Origin: the human T2T-CHM13v2.0 reference genome, Homo sapiens
Reading direction: 5' to 3' (one strand)
DNA: 64,000 bases
Assembly: GCF_009914755.1 (NCBI RefSeq)
Contig: NC_060927.1
A program made the position numbers and the translations under genes. Shown in pieces: positions 18,544-31,260 of this stretch (positions are counted from its first letter, which is position 1; every line of letters begins with the position of its first letter). The notes beneath the pieces are model-generated. The model had not been told where the DNA came from and ran no database searches. It saw nothing but the letters and a program-made list of their open reading frames with translations.

Positions 18544-18899
18544 TTAATCTATGTAGTAACTGACAAAAGGTGGCAGGGCCTAATGAAGTGTGAGTACATC
18601 ACTAACCAGAAGACCTGCTAGGAATCACACAGCAAATGCTCCCTAAATCACAGTGAGTACCATGTAGAAGATGCACCAGCACCAGCACAGGGAATTATCT
18701 ATTTTTCCAAAACCATTCTAGTGCTATTTTCCCCAAGGCTAAAAATGAGTTGATTCTGCTTGCTGTTTGTAGTTTCTTTTCTCTAACAATCTACAGCAAA
18801 TAATGTACTTTTTTTTTTTTCTTGACACCAAACCGGCATCCTTCTCCCTTGCCTTCCTCTGCTTTAGGAGTTTCAAAGCTAATGATTAGTTTTCCATCC

Positions 18900-19310
18900 T
18901 CTTTTGCATCTAGTAGTAACCAGTGACACACTGGCCATTAAATGGCCATTGAGATATAAGCAGAAATCAACTGAGCAGTGTTGTAGGGACAAAATTTTGT
19001 CCTTTAAAAAAGGATTCCAGACATGGATGATACAGCCTTCTGCCCGTTACAATTTTTCCTGCCTAAAATGTCGATACATTTGGCAATTCTGTCAAATTCT
19101 GTGTCCAGGGGGCAACAACCATGAACACAAAAATGCAGAAAGCTCTCTAGGGAGGGGAGAAAAAAGGTAAGAAAGAATCTGGGCTCCTGGTGGTGATATG
19201 GAGCAGCTGACGCAAACCAGAAACTTCTTGTTACATGTGAAAAACCCTATTTGTTTAAGATCCTCTAGCCTAGTTTTCTGATACTCGTAGCTGAAAATAT
19301 TCTTAGCGGG
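18900..19310 (+). mobile_element. MLT1 (J/K-like) LTR
   Basis: tggccattgagatataagcagaa...aaaccctatttgtttaag...tagctgaaaatattct. Confidence 0.55.
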
Positions 19311-19699
19311 TACAGGGATGCAATGTTGATTGCTATGAAGCCTATGACATAATGGATGATGATTATAATAAAAATGAGTCAAGAATAGTATTTTGAATAA
19401 AAAGATATCACTAATAATATAAGTAATAATTGTAACAGTATAAAGCTCCACAATACATAGTAATGAAAAAAATATGACTATAATAGCTGAGAATTAATAG
19501 GCCACTGGCTACTATTATGATAATGACTGTAGGAGTAAATTGAAAACAGGTTAAAAGGACAATGACTGCTGAGGTTGGGGACACATATACAAAATGGACA
19601 TGCAACTGGTCTTTAAATGAAACATTTATTACACAGAGGTATGTCACAAAATAGGACACCCATATACCCAGCAAATATATAAAACTGTCCATCTTCTTA

Positions 19700-20410
19700 T
19701 TCATAAAAGGTATGCAGATTAAAATCCCATTGAGACACTACTACATATTCACCAGGATGGCTAAGATGAAAAAGACAGGCAATATAAAATGTTGGGGAAG
19801 ATGTGGAGCAATCAGAACTCCTACATGCTACTGCTGAGAGTGCATATTGGTACAAACCTTGTAGAAAACTGTTTGAAAATCTCTACTAAAGCTAAACATA
19901 GTCTCGCCTATCACATTCCTAGGTATTTATCCAAAAGAAATGTATCCATATGCTCATTGAAATGATCTACAAGAATGTTTATAGCAGAATAATTCTTAAT
20001 AGCCCTAAACTGGAAGCAACCCCTATGTTCATCAGCAGTAGGATAGATAAATCAATTGTGGTATTAGCCATACAATGGAACAGCATACAGCAATGATAAT
20101 GAACGAATGACTACATGCAATGCCATGAATCTCGCAAATATAGTGTTAGATGAAAGAAGCCAGACACTAAAGAGCACATGCGGTATGATATATATTTGCA
20201 TAAAAGTCAAAGATAATAAAAAATAATCTGCATTGATAGGAGTCAGAAGAGTGGTTACTCCTGGCACAGAATGAGGGGCAGTAAACAGAAGAGGCAAAAG
20301 AGGAATTTTGGAAGCGCTGTTGATGTTCTGTTTCTTAATCTGGATGCTGGTTTTACAGGTGTGTTCATTTTCTGGAAATTTATTTAGCTATACAGTTAGG
20401 ATTTATAAAA
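19700..20410 (+). mobile_element. L1ME-like 3' region
   Basis: gttggggaagatgtggagcaatcagaactc...aaagaagccagacac...gatgttctgtttcttaatctggatgctgg. Confidence 0.8.
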
Positions 20411-21936
20411 TAAAAATAATTAATCTGAAAAATTTATCAGAGGACATTCCTCCAAAGAAAGACTTGGGCAAAATCTCATGCTGATTAGATGATTCAAATA
20501 ACAAGAAGACATTCTTAACCCGTTTGCTATAAGGAAATAAGATATTCCATTAAGAATAGATATGCTACAACTAGATGGGGTATGCGCTTATCTCTATATA
20601 CAGACCTTCCAAACAATCAAATACAGCAAGAAGGAACCTCATTCACTCATGCAATGAAATATTTAGTGCCAATCAGGTGCCAGGCCTTGTTCTAGGTTCT
20701 GGAGATTCAATGACAAAGGTCTCACCCTCATGACACTTACCTTGCCCTACCCTTAGTATTTGAATAAATAACTTCTAAGAAATTGATTTGTTTAGTTTGG
20801 AACATTCCATTGAAAGTACAACTGACGCTGTCTCCTATTGCATTGATATCGTGCGTCTGTTTCATTTGGTAAGCCTACTAACTTAACTATTAGTGAACTG
20901 AATCTAAAAGTGCATAAGGGTGTGTGTGTGTGCGTGCTAGAAAGAGACATACTCAGAGTGTTTGTTAGTTTGTCAGTGAGTAAAAATCACATGGAGTGTA
21001 TGAGATTGTCTAAGAGACAAAACTGTGATTAAAGTGAATGAAATGAGCATGGAACTCTATGGGAGATATATGAATAAGGATATACATAACAAGGCTGAAA
21101 TCATGCAACTAATGTAAGTGTGTTTCCATTAATGACTTTTTCCCTAAGCTTCTCTATCCTTCCCCAAAATCTCAACACGTAAAAGAAGCCAGCTGATTTA
21201 TTCGACATTAACATACTCTATCTTCTATGATAAATTAATGGGAAAATGCTGGCACATAAGCAATCTAATTCAGGTTTAAGGCTGTATCAGGGTTATTCTT
21301 TATTCAAAGGATTAAACCCTCAGAAACTGTCCCCCACCCCTCCTGAAACATCCCTTCCTCTCCCCACTGAGTGCTATTGAACACCATCTGTGCTAAAAAG
21401 TTTCCATAATTCAAAGCCCATCGGCCCCCTATGATGACTACAGACTCCCCTTCTCAAAAGGTCTTTTAAAAATAGAAGAGATATTATCTTCTGGGTGTAT
21501 GGCTTAGGCAGAGCTCTAGCCAAGAAGATGATGACCCCTTTATAAGGTCCTACTAAGAACCATTTGTCATTAGAATTTTCAAGCTTTGGAGATTGGGAAT
21601 TGGATTCCCCTGTTGAGGTCAGACCTTTGCACACAGCATAATTTTCCCTTTCTAGACAGTGTTATTCTCTACCTTATATACCTGGCAGACTCATTACCAA
21701 AGATCTACTTCAAGTAATATCTTCTCTATAAAAATTTCCTGGGCTCCTCTTCCCAATGTAAAGTTGAATATGCTTTCCCCTGAATCCCCTACCCAAACCT
21801 TTAAAAAAACATTGATTCATACATCTCTGTGTCCCTTTTAGAATAGGAGCTTCATGAGGACAGGGATCATAACTGTTCATTCTCATATCTCATGACAAAG
21901 ACGGTCCATGGCATATAGTATATGTATATATACATA

Positions 21937-22217
21937 TTTTTTTTTTTTGAGACGGAGTTTTACTCTGTTGCCCAGGCTGCAGTGCAGTGGCTCACTGCAA
22001 GCTCCGCCTCCCGGGTTCACGCCATTCTCCTGCCTCACCCTCCAAAGTAGCTGGGACTACAGGCGCCCACGACCACGCCCGGCTAATTTTTTGTGTTTTT
22101 AGTAGAGACGGGTTTTCACCATGTTAGCCAGGATGATCTCGATCTCCTGAGCTCGTGATACGCCCGCCCGACCTCCCAAAGTGCTGGGATTACAGGCGTG
22201 AGCCACCACCCCCGGCG
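21937..22217 (-). mobile_element. AluY with a ~10-bp internal deletion
   Basis: AluY diagnostics; gcagtgg|ctcactgc lacks the cgcgatctcg segment; inserted in an L2 3' end. Confidence 0.93.
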
Positions 22218-22749
22218 GCATATGGTAGATATTTAACAACTATTTATTGAATGAATGTCAGTGACCAGGTGATGCTATCAAAATTGAAAATGATGACTTT
22301 CCCCAAATCACAATGAAGTGGGAGCTGAAGTGAAGCCATCCAACTGCCTTTTTAAAGATGAGGTACATTCTCCTGGCCAGATCCCTTGTGAAAACTCATG
22401 CCCTGTCTGAGACTCAGAGGGCTTCTTTAAAAGCTTTCTGTAGGAGAGATGAGCAGAGACTTGAATGTATTCAAAAGAGCTCCTGGGAATTTTACCTCTA
22501 ACTCTGATCAGGGAGATAAAGAAAAAGTAGAAGGCAGATTTGGGGTTAAATTGAAGAGAAAAATAAACTTATGGAATGCATGTACATTGCAAACATTAAG
22601 TACCATTCTTTAGATAAGAGAGCTGAGAAATAGGTTGCTTTGAACACAAGATGCGTTATAATAGATTTTTCTTTGCTTAGCCAACAAGTTGGCCCATTGT
22701 TAGGAAGATGTTTTTGAAGTATAACAGCTTAATTTCTAGGTTGCACTCT

Positions 22750-23351
22750 AAGAAAAAAGTAGCCTCTGCCATCTGGGAGCTGACTTAGTGCTATCAGCCT
22801 GGCCTTGTACTGCTTGAAATTGGCCCGGTACTCACAGCTGAGCTTTAGTGTTTTCTGTGAAACAAAGAAAATGTTCACAGAACATCAACATAAGGCAAGG
22901 ACACTCCATCCCCATGATGAAGAAAGACAAAAACCAGACTGTTCCACAATCATGCTGGAGCCAGACAAAAACCTGAACGCTGTCCAAAACACAACAATAA
23001 CCAAACATCTCCCTATCCTGGTTAAAATGAGTGATTGCTGCTTCTTTACCAATTATACCTTTAGCTTTAGCCTTGGCCTATTCTCCCCTTCTTCTAGATA
23101 AGATTTATTAAGGTACTCAATCATAGAATTGTCCTGGCCTCTCAACAACTTCTAATCCAGAATAAAGCTGTCCTTTGTTAAACCTTCCCTAAACCACTAA
23201 CTCAAATTCTGTAAGTTCTTTCCTAAACTCTTTGACTAAGATATTTCACAGTTCCCCATGAGGTGTATTCTCCCCGTGGTAGTGAGCAATAAACCCAACT
23301 TGTTCAATTATAGGTGTGTTCTTGGTGGTCTTTGGCTGGAAGGTATTGACA
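22750..23351 (+). mobile_element. ERV1-class solo LTR (MER34/MER39-like; family uncertain)
   Basis: AATAAA at ~23288 and ...ggtctttggctggaaggtattgaCA terminus. Confidence 0.55.
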
Positions 23352-23941
23352 ATTCTCTAATATTATTATTCACTAAACTACAATCTGGCTTCTCCAGGAT
23401 GCCAGAGTTTAACATTAAGGTATTAAACTCTTTTGCTTAAACTCCACAAGTCTGTCGTATTATTATATTTTGTTGTTATTCTATACCACCTCAGTTAAAT
23501 AAAATATTTCAGAAATCTCCAGAGAAAATGGCAGAATGAATCGTTTTTAAGAACTGAGAAAAAGGGAAAAAACAATTGGAGCTTCTATTTCCTTACTCCC
23601 CTTACGTAAGAGAGGGAAACAGCCTTCCGCAGTTGTGGTGAAGTGGTCAAATTTATTCCATGAAAGCAATATATTTTCTAACATCCTTAACTCATCACCA
23701 TAATTTCTACCAGTTCTCTGCACACAAAGATTTCTCCATGGAGCTGTCACAATATTTTTCTTCCTACTAAGAATACCAGAGTGCTTTTTCTTCTCAAGTT
23801 CTTCTTGTGTTGTATAATGTGACAGGTTATTAAATCAATTTCTCTTCCTCTCTTTAAATAAGGCACAGCACCAAGTACAGCGATCCTTCAGAATTAACAC
23901 TGACAACCTAGAGATGCTTCAATTCATTCTTCAGTTCTAAT

Positions 23942-23966
23942 ACACACACACACACACACACACACA
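23942..23966. repeat. (CA)n microsatellite
   Basis: Direct reading. Confidence 0.95.
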
Positions 23967-24491
23967 ACCTACATCTCTCTCACAAACTCACACATACTGT
24001 ATAATATGTTAATAAGTTATGGTTTAATTATATTAGTATTTTATATGTGTCATATTATATTATGTAAATAATTAATAAACTTCTTAACATAAAGATAATT
24101 TTGGAAGAAAGATACAAATGCAATTAGAATCATTTAAGTGAGCTCAACTCATGCCAAGCCAAGGAAGTGTTCATTGTATGACTGAGGCAAGAGTCATTGA
24201 GTCTAATATTAAACTATAAAGATTTAAAATATTGTTTAAAGAACTGCCTTATTTGCATTTCTTGTAGTAACACATTGGTATGATCGTTCCAGATAGGCAG
24301 TTGGGTAATTTGTAAAGCTTACCCAATATGAATATCCTTTAACCCAGCACTTCCTAACAATCATATTTCACTTAAATATATAAATGATAATATTGATGCC
24401 TAACAGCTATATAATGGTGTTAGACACTATTGTGCATTAAATTCTTATAGCAACTCTACAATGTAAGTACTTTTATTGTTCTCATTATTTA

Positions 24492-24874
24492 TTAGCTTGG
24501 TACAAAAGTAATTGCAGTTCTGCTCTATTTTTTTTTTTTTTTTGAGACGGAGTCTCGCTCTGTTGCCCAGGCTGCAGTGGCACGATCTCAGCTCACTGCA
24601 AGCTCTGCCTCCCGAGTTCACACCATTCTCCTGCCTCAGCCTCCTGAGGAGCTGGGACTACAGGCACCCGCCACCACACCTGGCTAATTTTTTTGTATTT
24701 TTAATAGAGATGGGGTTTCACCATGTTAGCCAGGATGGTCTCGATCTCCTGACCTCATGATCCGTCTGACTCGGGCTCCCAAAGTGCTGGGATTACAGGC
24801 GTGAGCCACCATGCCAGGCCAGTTCTGCTCTACTTTCAATGGCAAAAACCACAATTATTTTTGCACCAACCTAA
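24492..24874. mobile_element. MADE1 (Hsmar1-derived mariner MITE) split by AluY, inside a MIR
   Basis: Left TIR ttagcttggtacaaaagtaattgcagtt; right part tttcaatggcaaaaaccacaattatttttgcaccaacctaa; TA on the left flank. Confidence 0.88.
24532..24820 (-). mobile_element. AluY inserted in MADE1
   Basis: TSD AGTTCTGCTCTA(T/C)TTT at 24516-24531 and 24821-24836. Confidence 0.93.
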
Positions 24875-25069
24875 ATAGATGAGAAAATGGAGGTAATTTA
24901 CTTCTACAAGAACTTATAGCCTATAAATAATAGAGCTGGAACTCAAAGTATAGACAGTCTGTGACTGAAGTTACACTGTACCAGTACTCCATATTGTCTC
25001 TCAACATTGGAAGCATGTTCATGGTAGAATTATTGATGCAACCTCAATCTGGAAACAACCTGCCCCTCC

Positions 25070-26030
25070 CCCAGTGTTACCCATCATCATTCACCCAATT
25101 GCTCATCCCTCTGGAATGATTCTTGACTCCTCATTTTCTCTCATACCTTACTTTCAATTCATTAGCAAAGTCTATGGGGTGTGCTTTTACAATTCAGCTC
25201 ATTTTCAACCACTGTTATCTTCTCCATGGCTATTACCTGATCCAAACTACCAGTGCTTTCACCTGGACAAATGCAGTAGCCTCCTGAGTCATCTCCAACA
25301 TGCACTTTTGTCTCTCCACACGATCTATCACAAGCAGTTGTACTTTCATCCTCCAATGGCCTCCCATTACATATGGAATAAAACCCCAAACACTTACCAT
25401 TGCCTAAAAAGCCCTACATAATTTGAACCATAGCTGCCTCTATGAGATCATTTTCTCTCACTCTTGCTTTCTTATACCAGTGCCTCATAACTTCCCTGCC
25501 TCCTTGCTGCCCTTCTTTATTATTGTGGTAAGAACACTTGAGATCTACCCTCTTCACAAAATTGTAAATGCACAATACAGTATTGTTAACTGTAGGCATG
25601 ATGTTGCACAGAAGATCTCTACAACTTTTTCATCTTGCATAACTGAAACTTTATTCCTTAAATAGGCTAAGCACATGCCCGTGTCATGGCCTTTGCCCTT
25701 TATTCTGTTGGAATACTCTGTCCTTATATACAAATGGCTCACTGCTTACTCATTCAGATTTCTGTGCAGATATTCCTCAGATAAGTTTTTCTTGGTCATA
25801 ATTTTTAAACAAGCCCCCCTATCATTCACTACCCCATTTCCTGCTTTATTTTTGTTTCACTTACCATTGTTTACCAATGTGTTACACATTTATTGTGTAT
25901 TTTCTATTCTACCCACTAGCACAAAAGCTGGGACCATGTATTGTTCCCTTCTGTATCCTCAGCCCTTAGAAAAGTGCCTGGTAAATAATAGGAATTCAAT
26001 AAATGTTTACTGAATGAGTTAAAGAATGAA
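25070..26030. mobile_element. L2 with a nested short minus-strand L1M 3' end (~25520-25650)
   Basis: L2 3' end ...caataaatgtttactgaatgag; L1MA-type ttgtggtaagaacacttgagatctaccctc. Confidence 0.7.
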
Positions 26031-26392
26031 TCACTTATGTGTGCACCACTATGGACTGGTAGGTAAATCACGGTTCATCTACAGGATGAACTGCTTCTGG
26101 CCATTGAATTGCAGGAAATATTTATTAGAGTTGTAAAATGTAATTGGGAAAATCTCAAGTAGTAGATGGAGAGTGGACAAGGAAATGACCAAATGTCAGA
26201 GATGGAGATGCTTGTTTAGAAGTAGGTGTCTCCCACAGCAATGGGTACACTAGTCTCTAGGAAGGGGGCAGAACTAGGCATGGTGGGCACCAGCAGGAGA
26301 GGACTCATAGTGTGACCACAGGATCTGAAATCTGAAGTCAGAGTGTTTCAGAGAGCAGGTTCCACTCATATTGACTATATGATCTTGGAAAC

Positions 26393-29232
26393 TGATATGG
26401 TTTGGCTCTGTGTCCCCACCCAAATCTCATCTTGAATGGTACTCCCATAATTCCCACGTGTTGTGGGAGGGACCTGGTGGGAGATAAATGAATCATGGGG
26501 GCAGTTTCCTCCATACTGTTCTCACGGTGGTGAACATGTCTCACAAGATCTGATGGTTTTATCAGGGGTTTCCGCTTTTGCATATTCCTTTCCTCTCTTT
26601 GCCTGCTGCTATCCATGTAAGATGTGACTTGTTCCTCCTTGCCTTCTCCCACAATTTTGAGGCTTCCCTAGCCACATGGAACTGTAAGTCCAATTAAATC
26701 TCTCTCTTTTGTAAATTGCCCAGTCTCTGGTATGTCTTTATCAGCAGTGTGAAAGTGAAATAATATAGTAAATTTGTACCAAGAGTGGAGTGTTGCTGAA
26801 AAGATACCCAAAAATATGGAAGCAACTTTGGAACTGGGTAACAGGCAGAGGTTGGAACAATTTGGAGTGCTCAGAAGAAGACAGGAAAATGTGGGAAAGT
26901 TTAGAACTTTCTAGAGACTTGTTGAATGGCTTTGACAAAAATGCTGATAGTGATAGGAACAATAAGGTCCAGGCTGAGGTGGTCTCAAATGGAGATGAGG
27001 AACTTGTTGGGAACTGGAACAAAAGTGACTCCTGTTATGTTTTAGCAAAAAGACTGGTGGCATTTTGCCCTTGTCCTAAAGATTTGTGGAACTTTGAACT
27101 TGAGATAGATGATTTAGGGTATCTGGTGGGAGAAATTTCTTTTTTTTTTTTTCTGTTGAATATTAAGATTTATTTTAAGGTTATAAAAATTAAGATAGTA
27201 TAGTATTATAGTAATAATAGGTTAATAGATGCAGACCCATGCAAGTATTATTTGATTTATGACAAATACAGCACCTGTTGCAGTGGGCAAAGGATGGTGT
27301 TTTTTGTTTTTTGTTTTTCATATTTTAAATTTTTTTTAATTTTTTTATTTTTTTATTATTATACTTTAAGTTTTAGGGTACATGTGCACATTGTGCAGGT
27401 TAGTTACATACGTATACATTTGCCATGCTGGTGTGCTGCACCCACTAACTCGTCATCTAGCATTAGGTATATCTCCCAATGCTATCCCTCCTGCTCCCCC
27501 CACCCCACAACAGTCCCCACAGTGTGATGTTCCCCTTCCTGTGTCCATGTGATCTCATTGTTCAATTCCTACCTATGAGTGAGAATATGCGGTGTTTGGT
27601 TTTTTGTTCTTGCGATAGTTTACTGAGAATGATGATTTCCAATTTCATTTCTAAGCAGCAAAGCATTCAAAAGGTGACGTAGGTGCTATTAATTCAGTTT
27701 TAAAAGGGAAACAGAGCATAAAAGTTTGAAAAATTTGCAACCTGACAATGCAATAGAAAAGAAAATCCCATTTTTTGAAGAGAAATTCAAGCCAGCTGCA
27801 GAAATTTGCATAAGTAACAAGGAGCCAAATGTTAATCCCCAAGACAGTGGCAAAAATGTCTCCAGGACATGTCAGAGATCTTCACAGCAGCCCCTCCCAT
27901 CACCAGCCTGAAGGCCTAGGAGGAAGAAGTGGTTTCATGGGCTGGGCCCAGGGTCCCCAAGCTGAGCCGTGTGCAGCCTAGGGACTTCGTGCCCTGTGTC
28001 CCAGCTGCTCCAGCCGTGGCTGAAAGGGGCCAATGTGGAGCTTGGAATTCAAATATAGACAGTCTGTGGTGCAAGCCCCAAGCCTTGGCAGCTTCCACGT
28101 GGTGTTGAGCCTGCAGGTACACAGAAGTCAAGAAATGAGGTTTGGGAACCTCTGCCTATATTTTAGAAGATGTACGGAAACACCTGGATGCCCAGGCAGA
28201 AGTTTGCAGCAGGGGTGGGGCTATCATGGGGAACCTTTGCTAGGGCAATGTAGAAGAGAAATGTGGGGTCATAGCCCCCACACAGAGTCCCTACTGGGGC
28301 ATCGCCAGAGGAGCTGTGAGAAGAGGGCCACTGTCCTCCAGACCCCAGAATGGTAGATCTACTGACAGTGCACTGTGCACCTGGAAAAGCCACAGACACT
28401 CAGTGCCAGCCTGTGAAAGCAGCTGGGAGGGAGGCTGTACCCTGCAAAACCACAGGGGTGGAGCTGCCCAAGACCATGGGAACCCACCTCTTCCATCAGT
28501 GTGACCTGGATGTAACATGGAGTCAAAACAGATCATTTTGGAGCTTTAAGATGTGACTGCCCTGCTGGATTTTGGACTTACATGAGCCCTGTAGCCCCTT
28601 TGTTTTGGCCAATTTCTCCCACTTGAAACAACTGTATTTACCCAATGTTTGTACCCCCATCATATTTGGAATAACTAGCTTACTTTTGATTTTACAGGCT
28701 CATAGACAGAAGGGACATGCCTTGTCTCCAGTGAGACTTTGGACTACGGACTTTTAGTTAATGCTGAAATGAGTTAAGACTTTGGGGGACTGTCGGGAAG
28801 GCAGGATTGGTTTTGAAATGTGAGGACATGAGATTTGGCAGGGGCCAGGGGTGGAATGATATTGTTTGGCTCCGTGTCCCCACCCAAATCTCATCTTGAA
28901 TTTTACTCTCATGATTCCCACATGTTGTGGGAGGGACCCAGTGGGAGATAATTAAATCATGGGGACAGTTTCCCCCATACTGTTCTCATGGTAGTGAATA
29001 AGTCTCACAAGATCTGATGGTTTTATCTAGGGTTTCTGCTTTTGCGTCTTCGTCATTCTCTCTTTGCCTGCCACCATCCATGTAAGATGTGACTTGCTCC
29101 TCCTTGCCTTCTGCCATGATTGTGAGGCTTCCCCAGCCACGTGGAACTGTAAGTCCAATTAAACCTCTTTCTTTTGTAAATTGCCCAGTCTCAGGTATGT
29201 CTTTATCAGCAGCATGAAAACAGACTAATACA
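26393..29232 (+). mobile_element. Full-length THE1C/D MaLR provirus (5'LTR 26393-26767, internal region, 3'LTR 28857-29232)
   Basis: Two LTRs starting TGATAT(G/T)GTTTGGCTC and ending TAATA(T/C)A; PPT before 28857; THE1-int ORF relic 26790-27140; TSD gaaac/gaaat; splits a MIR. Confidence 0.93.
27141..27648 (-). mobile_element. L1PA2-type 3' end (~290 bp) plus 3'-transduced sequence and poly(A), nested in THE1-int
   Basis: 3'UTR diagnostics TTGGGAGATATACCTAATGCTAGATGACGAGTTAGTGGG and GAGATCACATGG; TSD ATTTCT at 27135-27140 and 27647-27652; target TTCT/AA. Confidence 0.92.
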
Positions 29233-29672
29233 GAAATATTATTATGACATCTCTGAATCTCAGTTCTCTCATCTGTAGAATGGCAATGAAAATACTGACC
29301 TCAGTAGGCTGTATTGTGAGGAATCAGTGAAAAAACAAATGTAGGAGGGCTATGAAGATACTAGCTGTTTTTATTTCTTCTTCTTCTCTATTATTTCCAG
29401 AGGTGGTAGACTTCACTTTGTATTTTCTTCTTGTTGTACTTTTTCAGGCCATGCATTTCCTAAGTTTAATGTTCAGGGTAGAAAGTCCTTCCTTTTCAAG
29501 CCCTACATTTGCATCTTTCAAGCTTCTGAGAAAACTCCCTCAATAAGAATTGGAATGTAAATATGCCTATGTTCCTCTTATCCACATCCTTTAAACTAAT
29601 TATAGAACCTATGACAATAAGATGGGCTCCTTAGTTAACTAATGTTTCCAGGTATAGTCCATGGTTTAACTA

Positions 29673-30015
29673 TGTGGCAAAAAGTTGACACTCTTCTTAT
29701 TAAGAAGGAGGGTCTATGTCCTTACCCTGAGAGATTGCCATGTAGGTAAGTTCACTTGTAGGTGCTCCAACTGGAAGTCCTAGCCTAACACTTGGGTGAA
29801 GATGCCTTCACACGATCTGAAACTCTGGCCAATAAATTATCCCCAGCCTTCTGGTCCTCTCAGCTGAGGTCCTAGACATTGTGGAACTGGAATAAGTAAT
29901 CCACTGTGTTCTGCCTAAAATCCTGAAGCACAGAATCCATGAGCTTAATAAAATGGTTGCTTCAATTCAACCTATTACATTTCAGGGTAATTGTCACATA
30001 ACAGTAGTAATTGGA
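29673..30015 (+). mobile_element. MLT1 LTR fragment
   Basis: cagctgaggtcctagacattgtgga...cacagaatccatgagcttaataaaatggttg. Confidence 0.65.
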
Positions 30016-30869
30016 AGAAACTAGATTAAGCAAATCTTCAATTGAGGTAGGCTAAAATATGCTCCCCAATTACAAATCCTAGTTTCTCCAGAATTCAGTT
30101 TGAAAAGACCAACATTGATCAAAGTAGGGGAAAAGGTAACAAAATTTTGTTCCTTTGATACACAGTTTCAAGACCATAATCTTTCAACAGGAACTAGTCT
30201 TTGGGTTAAAAAAAAAAAGTCTCTAGGACTAACTACTCCGACGAAAAGGAGCTCTTGAAATATAGTATTTGAAAACAGACTATCCAAGATAGGGAGTTGA
30301 ACATTTCTGATCTTAAATCAAGATAAAATATTTAATTAGCCTATAAACTGACCCCAAGAACATCTGGAGTTTCCAGAAGGGAAGAATTTTCTTGTTACTT
30401 CTCTTCTAAAACTGACAAACAGTGGGGGACAACGTTGGCACAGAAGCAAAGATGGGAAGGGAAGGTTATCAGTATGGCTTCTCTGAGATTTCGAGTCCGT
30501 AGATTAGAGAACACAGACAAGTGGAATGAAGTTGCTCCAAGTCTATTTATCTTCTTCAAAATGCAGAGAGTGGAGGGGATAAGGAGACTTAGATAATTTC
30601 CCACTAGGAAAGTCGAAACAGATCAATCAAAGTGCTTAGTAAGAAACTTGGCAGACACTTAGAGAATTGTTAAATTTTCTTACTAAAATTTCTCTATTTT
30701 ACAAAGATAAATGGACCCAAGAATACTTGGGTTGGCCAGCAGACCAAAAGCTTATCTCTGGCATTAAACATACCTCGACATAAGTATTATCTGATAATGT
30801 CTTTTACATACTGAGAACTAAGTGATCCACTACTCACATTAGTTTTACATGCATTATCTCCCTTTAATA

Positions 30870-31260
30870 TAAAAGTATTGAATATCTATTAAGTGTTCAC
30901 TATGCACCAGCTACTATATTAAGTAATTCATAAGCATCATCTCAATAGATCCTTATAATAAACCCATGGAATAAGTTCTATTGTTGTTACCTTCATTTTA
31001 CTAATGATCAAATGCAGGCATAGGGAAGTTGAGACATTTACAAAAGGTCACATGGATAAGCCAAGCAGTGTGATTCCAGGGCTTATAGCATCAGCCCCTT
31101 CATTATCCTGTTAGCCAATTATTTAATCTTGACAACCATTCAGAGATGCAGTAATATAAAAGGCTCAGAGATGTTAAGTGGCTTTCCCAAGGTCACACAG
31201 TTAACCTGTGGTGAATCCCTGCCTTGTTTCCAAACTGACCTCAGATCAAGCCAGGCTGCT
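30870..31260 (-). mobile_element. Two MIR fragments
   Basis: cttcattttactaatga...ggtcaca; aggctcagagatgttaagtggctttcccaaggtcacacag. Confidence 0.7.

Noticed and set aside
26790-27203. 137-aa ORF
   Set aside because: Standard THE1-int ORF relic running into the inserted poly(T); non-ATG start.
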